Of a DNA stretch of 64,000 nt, positions 40,401 through 49,957 are shown piece after piece. Location of the stretch: NCBI GenBank assembly GCA_052327205.1, contig CM126231.1, positions 17,236,001 to 17,300,000 of the forward strand, given 5' to 3'. The translations under genes were made by a program, and so were the position numbers. Position 1 is the first letter of the stretch. Each line of letters starts with the position of its first letter. The stretch is from Somniosus microcephalus. Taxonomy: Eukaryota. Below the pieces are notes generated by a model. The model ran no database searches. It was given only the letters and a program-made list of their open reading frames with translations, and was not told where the DNA came from.

Positions 40401-41042
40401 ACACTACAACACGAGGCAAAACTGTATCCCACCCACACTACAACACGAGGCAAAACTATATCCCACCCACACTACAACACGAGGCAAAACTATATCCCAC
40501 CCACACTACAACACGAGGGAAAACTGTATCCCACCCACACTACAACACGAGGCAAAACAGTATCCCACCCACACAACACGAGGCAAAACTATATCCCACC
40601 CACACTACAACACGAGGGAAAACTGTATCCCACCCACACTACAACACGAGGCAAAACTATATCCATCCTAAAATACAACATGATGCAAAAACCATTTCCA
40701 ACCTACATTACAACAAAACAATACCCAACCTACATTACAAGATGCAAAACTATATCCATCCTAAACTACAAAATGCAAACCCATAACCAACCTACATTGC
40801 AACAAGATGCAAAACCATATCCAACCTACACTACAAGATGAAAACCCATATCTAACCTACACTAAACAGATGCAACACTATGTCCAACAAACACACGATG
40901 TAAAACAATTTTCAACCTAATCTACAAGATGTAAAGCCATATTCAACCTACATTACAACAAGAGGCAAAACAATATCCCACCTACACTACAACAAGGTGT
41001 AAACCCATATCCAACATACACAACCAGATGTAAAATACCCAA
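37441..41042. repeat. Minisatellite, 34-bp unit (gcaaaactRtatcccacccacactacaacacgag), roughly 95 homogeneous copies, grading into degenerate ~31-bp units after ~40660
   Basis: Direct tandem periodicity. Produces the 332/357/188-aa repetitive ORFs. Confidence 0.97.
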
Positions 41043-43632
41043 CTGTAAGAGAGCTAATTGGAGAAGGGATGTAGCACAGGTGGACTGGAAACAAATATTG
41101 GCCAGGAAAACAGTAAATGAGCAATGGCAGGGCTTCAAGGCAGAGATACTTCGGGTACAACCCAAGCATTTTCCCATAAGGAAGAAAGATGGGGCATCCA
41201 AAGCTAAAGCTCCCTGGATGACAAAGGAAATAGAGGTTAAAATAAAACAGAAAAAGGAGGTTTATGACAAATGTCAGGTACAGAATACAGTAGAAAATCA
41301 GGCCGAATACAGAGAGTTCAGGTGGAAAATGAAGAAGGATATAAGAAAGGCAAAGAGAGAGCATGAGATAAGATTAGCGGGTAGCATAAAAGGCAACCCA
41401 AAAATATTTTATCAACATATAAGAAGTAAAAGGATAGTTAAAGGAATGGTGGGGCAGATTAGAGGCAAAAAGCAAATCTGCTTGTGGAGGCAGAAGACAT
41501 GATTGAGGTACTGAATGAGTGCTATGCCTCTGTCTTCACAAGAGAAGAGGGTCAAGTTAATGTTGCAGTAGAGGAGGGGAGAGCAGTAGAGATAATTGGA
41601 TAGGATAAAAAGAGATAGAAAGGAGGTGCTAAATAGGTTAGCATCACTTAAAGGTAACCAGTCACCTGGTCAAGATGGCTGACCTGCTGAGTTTTTCCAG
41701 CATTTTCTGTTGTTATTTCGGATTTCCAACATCCGCAGTATTTTGCTATCGGGTTACATCCTTGGTTGCTGAGGGAAGCTAGGGTGGAGATAGAAGTAGT
41801 TTTGACCACATATTCAATCCTCCTTGGATATGGGAGTGGTGCCAGAGGACTGAAGGATTGCAAATGTTACACCCCTGTTCAAAAAAGGGGAGAGGGATAA
41901 ACCTGGTAAATACAGGCCAATCAGTCTAGCGTCAGTGATGGGAAAACTACTAGAGACCATCGTCAAGGACACAATTATTTCTCACTTGGAGAAGCATGAG
42001 TTAATATGGGACAACCAGCATGGATTTGTTAAAGGCAAATCGTGTCTTACTAACCCTGATTGAGTTCTTTGATGAAGTAACAAAGAGGGTTGATGAGGGT
42101 AGTGCAGTAGATGTATATATGAACTTTCAAAGGGTATTTGATAAAGTACCACATAACCGATTTATTTGGAAAATAGATGCACATGGTATTAAAGGGACGG
42201 TGGTAACTTAGGTATGTAATTGGCTAAGGGGCAGGAGGCAGAGGGCAGTGGTGAATGGATGTTTTCTGACGGCGGGGCGGGGGTGTCTCGGTATTGGGAC
42301 CATAGCTTTCCTTGTTATATGTAAATGACCTGGGCTTGGGTATAGGGAGCATAATTTCGGAGTTTGTGGTTGATGCAAAACTTGGCAACATAGTAAATAG
42401 TGAAGTGGCAAGTAGCAGACTTCAGGAAGACATAGACAGACTGGGGAAATGGGCAGACACATGGCAGATGCAATTTAATGCGGTTAAGTGTGAAGTGATG
42501 CACTGTGGGAGGAACAACATGGAGAGGCAGGAGAATGTAAATGGTACTATTTTGAGCGGGGGGTGGTGCAAGAGCAGAGGGAACCAGAGGTGCACATTCA
42601 CAAATCCTTGACGGTGACCAGACAAGTTGATGCAGTTAAGAAAGCGTATGGGATACTTGGCTTTGTAAATAGGGGCATTAAATACAAAAACAAGGAATTC
42701 ATGCTAAACCTTTACAAATCACTGGTTAGGCCTCAGCTGGGGTACTGTGTACTATTCTGGGCGCCACAATTCAGGAAGGATGTCAAGGCCCTGGATAGGG
42801 TACAGAGGATGTTTACCAGGATGATACCAGGGATGAGGGAGTTCAGTTATATGGAGAGATTGGAGAAGCTGGGATTGTTCTACTTGGAGCAGAGACGGTT
42901 AAGGGGAGACCTAATAGAGGTTTTCTAAATTATATGGGGATTTGATAGAGCAAGTAGGGAGAAACTGTTTCCTCTGGTAAGTGGGTCGGTAACCAGAGTT
43001 CATAGATTTAATATAATTGGCTAAAGAACTAGAGGGAAAACGAGGAGAAATTTCTTCACACAGAGAGGGCAGCACGGTGGCATAGTGGTTAGCACTGTTG
43101 CCTCACAGCGCCAGGGACCCAGGTTCGAATCCGGCCTCAGGCAACTGTCTGTGTGGAGTTTGCACATTCTCCCCGTGTTTGCGTGGGGGTGCTCCGGTTT
43201 CCTCCCACAGTCCAAAGATGTGCGGGTTAGGTTGATTGGCTATGATAAAATTGACCCTTCGTGTTAGGGGGATTAAATACGTGGGGTTACGGGGATAGGG
43301 TGGGATATGTGTTGGTGTAGGGGTTACGGGGATCGGGTGGGATATGTGTCGGTGCAGGCTCGATGGGCCGAAATGGCCTCTATCTGCACTGTGGGGTTTC
43401 TGTGATTTCTGTGAGAGAGTTGTTAAGATCTGGAACACACAACCTGAAAGGGTGGTGGAATCAGATTCCATGGGATCTTTCAAAAGGCAACTGGACATTT
43501 AATTGAAGAGGACTAATTTGCAGGGTTCTGGGGAAAAAGCTGAGCTGTGGGACTAAATTGGACTCAAAGAGCCGGCACAGGCGTGACTGTCCAAATGGCG
43601 GCCTCATGTGCTGTAAAATTCGATGATTCTAT
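41043..43632 (+). mobile_element. 5'-truncated, decayed CR1 LINE (ORF2 remnants) with two nested insertions
   Basis: ORF pieces show LIEFFDEVTKRVDEG, FDKVPH, LYVNDL and LVRPQLGYC. Multiple frameshifts; 3' tail gattctatg. Confidence 0.9.
43067..43410 (+). mobile_element. HE1-type V-SINE nested in CR1
   Basis: gggcagcacggtggcatagtggttagcactg head, ggttcgaatcc B box, V-domain gtgtggagtttgcacattctcccc, CR1-like tail. Confidence 0.85.
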
Positions 43633-44040
43633 GTAAACCCATATCCAAACTACAGTACAAGATGCAAAACCCATAGCCAACCTAAACTACAAGATGCAAC
43701 CCCCTATCCAACCTATAGCACAGGATAATGCAAAAGCATATCCAACCTACATTAAAGGATGCAGCCCCATTACAACCTATACTACAAGATTCAAAATTAT
43801 ATCCATCCAAAACAACAAGATACAAAACAATTTTGAACCTAAACTACAAGAAGAAAACTATATCCAACCTAAAGTACGAGGTGCAAAATCATATCCAACC
43901 TACATTTACAAGAGACTAAACCAGATCCAACCTACATCACATAAGATGCAAACCCATAACCAACCTAAACTATTAGATGCAAACCCCTTTCCAACATAAA
44001 GTACAAGATGTAAACACATATGCAACTTAGATTAGAAGAT
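43633..44040. repeat. Degenerate ~31-bp tandem repeat, continuation of the array left of the CR1
   Basis: atatccaacctacactacaagatgcaaaacc-like units, same as 40660-41042. Confidence 0.8.
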
Positions 44041-44586
44041 CTCAGAGGGTTGTAGGACTGTAGGAAGTTAGAGATATGGAGGGAGTGAGGCCATGGAAGA
44101 ACTTGAGAAAACAAGGATGAGAATTTTGAAATCGAGGCGTTGCTGTACCGGGAGCCAATGTAGGTCAGCGAGTACAGGGTGATGGGTGAACGGGTCTTGG
44201 TGCAAGTTAGGATACGGGCAGTAGAGTTTTAGACGAGCTCAAGTTTACAGAGGGTCGAAGATGGGCGGCCGGCCGGCCAGGAGAACTTTAGAGTAGAGGA
44301 GTCTGGCGTTAACAAAAACATGGATGAGTGTTTCAGCAGCAGATGAGCTGAGGTGGGGCGAAGACGGGTGATATTACAGAGGTGGAAGAAGGCGGTCTTG
44401 GAGATGGACATGATATGGGATCAGAAGATCAGCTCAAGGTCAAATAGGACGCCAAGGTTGAGAACGGTCTGGTTCAGCCTCAGACAGTGCCCAGGGAGAG
44501 GGATGAAGTCGGTGGTTAGGAACGGCTTTTGTGGCGAGGACTGAAGACAATGGCTTCGGTCTTCCCAATATTTAATTGGAGGAAAT
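44041..44586 (-). mobile_element. L2-clade LINE fragment (continues at 48700-48711 and ~49958-50023)
   Basis: Minus-strand translation ISKTAFFHLCNITRLRP, typical of L2 ORF2. Matches 56795-57230. Confidence 0.8.
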
Positions 44587-45480
44587 CACGGTGATCACAT
44601 TTGCAGTAAGTGTTGGCTGCTCGAGGAATTCCGGCTCCGTGTTGAAGAGCTGGAGTCCGAGCTTCAAATACTGAGACACATCAGGGAGGGGGAGAGTTAC
44701 CTGGACTCTGTGTATCAGGAGGTAGTCACACCAATTAGATTAATTAATTCAGATGTAGTCCGTGGCCAGGGTCAGGATGGTGTGACTAGAAGTGAGGCAG
44801 GTACGGGGATCCAGGAGGTAGTGTTGGAGGAGCCGCAGCCCTTGCACTTGTCCAACAGGTTCGAGGCTCTTACTCCCTGTGAGGATGGGAACAGGGACTG
44901 CGGGGAGGATGAGCAACCTGGCCACAGCACCGTGGAGCGGGGGGCCATTCAAGTGGGGGGAGTTAAAAGAAATGTTGTAGTGGTAGGGGATAGTATCGTT
45001 AGGGGGATAGATAGAGTTCTCTGCAGCCGAGAGCGAGAGTCCCGAAGGCTGTGTTGCCTGCCCGGTGCCAGGGTTAAGGACATCTCCTCTGGACTGGAGA
45101 GAAACTTGGAGTGGGAGGGGGAGGATCCAGTTGTCGTGGTCCATGTTGGTACCAACGACATAGATAGGACAGGGAAGGAGGTTCTGCTGAGGGAGTTTGA
45201 GCAGCTAGGGGCCAAATTAAAAAGCAGAACCACAAGGGTAACAATCTCTGGATTATTACCTGAGCCACGAGCGAATTTGGCTAGGACAAATAAAATTAGA
45301 GATTTAAATGCGTGGCTCAAAGACTGGTGTGGGAGAAATGGGTTTTGCTTCCTGGGACACTGGCACCAGTACTGGGGCAGGAGGGAGCTGTTCCGTTGGG
45401 ACGGGCTTCACTTGGCCAGTGCTGGGACTAGAGTCCTGGCGGATCATATAACTAGGGCTGTAGAGAGGGCTTTAAACTAA
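44587..45480 (+). CDS. CR1 ORF1p (partial zinc finger/leucine zipper plus SGNH esterase domain), lacking its start
   Basis: HICSKC..LRVEELESEL coiled coil. GDSIVRG, VHVGTND and DGLH are SGNH-hydrolase blocks. Confidence 0.88.
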   Translation, partial: HGDHICSKCWLLEEFRLRVEELESELQILRHIREGESYLDSVYQEVVTPIRLINSDVVRGQGQDGVTRSEAGTGIQEVVLEEPQPLHLSNRFEALTPCEDGNRDCGEDEQPGHSTVERGAIQVGGVKRNVVVVGDSIVRGIDRVLCSRERESRRLCCLPGARVKDISSGLERNLEWEGEDPVVVVHVGTNDIDRTGKEVLLREFEQLGAKLKSRTTRVTISGLLPEPRANLARTNKIRDLNAWLKDWCGRNGFCFLGHWHQYWGRRELFRWDGLHLASAGTRVLADHITRAVERALN

Positions 45481-45483
45481 CTA

Positions 45484-48468
45484 TTGTGGGGGGAGGTTCC
45501 TAGAGAGCAAATAATACAAATGACAACAGAGAAGGTCATAGACTTAGGTAGCAGTGGGGAAATTAAAAACCAGAGCATGTCAGGAAGTGGCAGAAGGTAT
45601 GGAGTAAAAGGTAAAGTAATAAAAAGGGCAAAAGCAGGAACTAAGTTTCACAAAACATCTTTGAAAGTTCTCTATCTGAATGCACGTAGCATTCGTAACA
45701 AAATAGACGAGTTAATGGCACAAATAACTACATATGGGTATGATCTTGTGGCCATTACAGAAACATGGCTGCAGGGTGACAATGCCTGGGAATTAAACAT
45801 ACCAGGTTATTTAACGATCAGGAAGGACAGGCAGGAAGGAAGGGGAGGTGGGGTGGCTATGTTAATAAAGGAAGGAATCACTGTAATACAGAGAAATGAT
45901 ATTGGGTCAAAAGATCAGGACAATGAAACAGTTTGGGTGGAGGTAAGGAATAATAAGGGGAAAAAAACACTAGTGGGCATAGTCTATAGGCCTCCGAACT
46001 GTGGCAACTCTGTTGGACGGAGTATCAATCAGGAAATAGTTGAGGCTTGTAATAAGGGAACATCTATAATTATGGGGGATTTTAACTATCATATTAATTG
46101 GACAAATCAAATTGGGCAGGGCTGCCTTGAGGATGAGTTCATGGAGTGTATTAGGGATGGGTTTCTTGAGCAGTATGTAACTGAACCGACCAGGGGGCAG
46201 GCAACCTTAGATCTGGTCCTGTGTAACGAGACAGGATTAATTAAAAATGTCCTAGTAAAGGATCCCCTTGGAATGAGTGACCATAACATGGTTGAATTCC
46301 ATATTCAATTAGAGGGTGAGAAGGTTGGATCTCAAACAAGCGTGCTAAGCTTGAATAAAGGAGACTATGAAGGTATGAGAGCGGAATTGAGTAGAGTGGA
46401 CTGGGAAAAAAGATTAAAGAGTAAGATGATACATGATCAGTGGTGTACATTTAAGGAGTTATTTTACAACTTCCAAAAAGTATATATTCCACTGAGAAGA
46501 AAAGGGTGTAAAAGAAAAGACAGCCATCCGTGGCTAAGTAAAGAAATTAAGGATAGTATTCGACTAAAAACAAGGGCATATAATGTAGCCAAATCTAGTG
46601 GGAGGATAGAGGATTGGGAAAACTTTAAAAGACAGCAAAAAATAACAAAAAGATTGATTAAGAAAGGGAAGATAGATTATGAAAGTAAATTAGCAAAAAA
46701 TATAAAAACAGATAGTAAGAGTTTTTATAGTTGTATAAAAAGAAAAAGGGTGGCTAAAGTAAATGTTGGTCCCTTAGAGGATGAGACCGGGAAATTAATG
46801 GTGGGAAATATGGAGATAGCAAAAACACTGAATATTTTAAATCAGTCTTTACAGTAGAAGACACTAAGAATATCCCAACACTGGACAAACAGGGGGCTAA
46901 AGGGGGGGGAGGAGCTAAACACGATCAAAATCACTAAGGAAGTGGTACTCGGTAAAATAATGGGACTCAAGGCGGATAAATCACCTGGACCCGATGGCTT
47001 ACATCCTAGGGTCTTGAGGGAAGTGGCGGTAGGGATTGTGGATGCATTGGTAATAATTTTCCAAAACTCCCTGGACTCGGCAAAGGTCCCGGCAGACTGG
47101 AAAACTGCTAATGTAACACCCTTATTTAAAAAGGGCAGTAGACAGAAGGCTGGAAACTATAGACCGGTTAGCCTAACATCTGTGGTAGGTAAAATTTTGG
47201 AGTCCATTATTAAGGAGACAGTAACAGGACATTTGGATAATCATAATTTAATAGGACAAAGTCAGCATGGTTTTATGAAGGGGAAGTCATGTTTGACAAA
47301 TTTGCTGGAGTTCTTTGAGGAAGTAACATATAGGGTGGATAAAGGGGAACCAGTGGACGTAGTGTATTTAGACTTCCAAAAGGCATTTGACAAGGTGCCA
47401 CACAAAAGATTATTGCTTAAGATAAAAAATCACGGGATTGGGGGTAATATTCTGGCATGGATAGAGGATTGGCTATCTAACAGAAGGCAGAGAGTTGGGA
47501 TAAATGGTTCATTCTCAGACTGGCAATCAGTAACTAGTGGTGTTCCGCAGGGGTCAGTGCTGGGTCCCCAACTTTTTACAATCTATATTAACGATTTGGA
47601 GGAGGGGACCGAGTGTAACATATCAAAGTTTGCAGATGATACTAAGATGGGGGGGAAAGTAGTGAGTGAGGAGGACATAAAAAACCTTCAAGGGGACATA
47701 GACAGGCTAAGTAAGTGGGCAGAGATTTGGCAGATGGAATACAATACTGGAAAGTGTGAGGTTATGCACTTTGGCAGGAAAAATCGTAGAGCAAGTTATT
47801 ATCTTAATGGCAAGAAACTGGAAAGTACTGTAGTACAAAGGGATCTGGGGGTCCTGGTGCACGAAACTCAAAAGGTTAGTATGCAGGTGCAGCAAGTGAT
47901 TAAGAAGGCCAATGGAATGTTGGCTTTCATTGCTAGGGGGATAGAATATAAAAATAGGGAGGTATTGCTTCAGTTGTACAAGGTATTGGTGAGACCGCAC
48001 CTGGAATACTGCGTACAGTTTTGGTGTCCATACTTAAGAAAGGACATACTTGCTCTCGAGTCAGTACAAAGAAGGTTCACTCGGTTAATCCCAGGGATGA
48101 GGGGATGGACATATGAGGAGAGGTTGAGTAGATTGGGACTCTACTCATTGGAGTTCAGAAGAATGAGAGGCGATCTTATTGAAACATATAAGATTGTGAA
48201 GGGGTTGGATCGGGTGGATGCAGGGAAGATGTTCCCGATGATGGGTGAAACTAGAACTAGGGGGCATAGTCTTAGAATAAGGGGCTGCTCTTTCAAAACT
48301 GAGATGAGGAGGAACTACTTCACTCAGAGGGTGATAGGTCCATGGAATATGCTGCCCCAAAAAACTGTAGAAGCTACATCATTACATAAATTTAAAACCG
48401 AAATAGACAGTTTCCTAGAAGTAAAGGGAATTAAGGGTTACGGGGAGCGGGCAGGAATTTGGCCATGA
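45484..48468 (+). pseudogene. CR1 ORF2 (APE endonuclease plus reverse transcriptase), interrupted only at ~46830-46910
   Basis: Endonuclease motifs YLNARS, ITETWL, MGDFN and SDH; RT motifs GVPQGSVLGP and FADD. The two ORF halves are in the same frame. Confidence 0.92.
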
Positions 48469-48711
48469 GTCTAGGTTCGGATCGGTCATGGCCCTGTGGG
48501 TAGCAGAGCGGGCCCAGGGGCCGTGTAGCCTGATCCTGCTCCTATTTCGTGTGTCTAATTCTGTTAGATGCAGGAGATGGTTCTGTGATAGTGGATTGGC
48601 AGTTAGGACCAGATCAGCCATGATCTTATTGAATGACGGAGCAGGCTCGAGGGGCCGATTGGCCTACTCCTGCTCCTATTTCTTATGTTCTTATGAAATA
48701 TCTGCGCATCC

Positions 48712-49957
48712 CATAAGAACATAAGAAATAGGAGCAGGAGTAGGCTATTCGGCCCCTTGAGCCTGCTCCGTCATTCAATAACATCATGGCTGATCTTCGA
48801 CCTCAACTCCACTTTCCTGCACTATCCCCATATCCCTTGATTCGCTTAATATCCAAAAATCTATCGATTGAATATACTCAACAACTGAGCCTCCACAGCC
48901 CTCTGGGGTACAGAATTCCAAAGATTCACCACCCTCTGAGTGAAGACATTTCTCCTCATCTCAGTCCTAAATGGCCAACCCCTCATTCTGAGACTGCGAT
49001 CCCTGGTTCTAGACTCCCCAGCCAGACGAAACATTCTCCCTGCATCTACCCTGTAAGAATTTTGTATGTTTCAATGAGATCACCTCTCATTCTTCTAAAC
49101 TCTAGAGAATATAGGCCTAGTCTACTCAATCTCTCCTCATAGGACAATCCCCCCATCCCAGGAATCAGACTTGTGAACCTTTGTTGCACTCCCTCTGTGA
49201 CAAGTATATCCTTCCTTAGGTAAGGAGACCAAAAATGTACACAATACTCCAGGTGTGGTCTCACCAGGGCCCTATATAATTGCATATGACGTCTTTACTC
49301 TTATACTCAAATCCTCTTACAACAAAGGCCAACATACCATTTGCTTTCCTAATTGCTTGCTGTACCTGCATGTTAACTTCCAGTGATTCGTGTACAAGGA
49401 CACCCAGGTCCCTCTGAACACCAACATTTCCCAATCTCTCTCCATTTAAAAAAAACTCTGCTTTTCTATTTTTCCTACCAAAATGGATAACTTCACATTT
49501 CTCCACATTATATTCCATTTGCCATGTTCTTGTCCACTCACTTAGCCTGTCTATATCCCCTTGAAGCCTCTTTACATCCTCCTCACAACTTACATTCCCA
49601 CCCAGCTTTGTATCATCAGCAAACTTGGATATATTACATTTGGTCCCCTCATCCAAATCACCAAATCATTGATACAGATTGTGAATAGCTGAGGCCCAAG
49701 CATTGATCCTTGCGGTACCCCACTCGTTACAGCCTGCCAACACGTAAATGACCCGTTTATTCCTACTCTCTGTTTTCTGTCCGTTAATTAATCCTCAATC
49801 CATTGCTAGTATATTACCTCTAATTCCATGAGCCCTAATTTTGTTTAATAACCTCTTGTGTGGCACCTTATCGAATACCTTCTCAAAATACAAATACACC
49901 ACATCCACTGGTTCCCCCTCATCGATTCTGCTAGTTACAACCTCAAAAAAAACTCTA
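48712..49957 (-). mobile_element. 5'-truncated CR1 LINE, tail-to-tail with the preceding element
   Basis: Minus-strand ORFs with [10 protein letters not shown] and LVRPHLEYC. Begins cataagaacataagaa, the reverse of the CR1 tail. Confidence 0.92.

Larger units (their letters stand above)
44587..48695 (+). mobile_element. Near-full-length CR1 LINE, slightly 5'-truncated
   Basis: ORF1, ORF2 and a 3' UTR ending (ttcttatg)2. GAAAT flanks both ends as a candidate target-site duplication. Confidence 0.95.

Noticed and set aside
37289-40841. 332-, 357- and 188-aa repetitive ORFs
   Set aside because: Minisatellite translation, broken wherever unit variants introduce stops or frameshifts.
44710-45480. 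Stand-alone esterase gene beside a reverse transcriptase as a novel system
   Set aside because: SGNH esterase domains are an established feature of CR1-clade ORF1 proteins, so this is a normal LINE layout.
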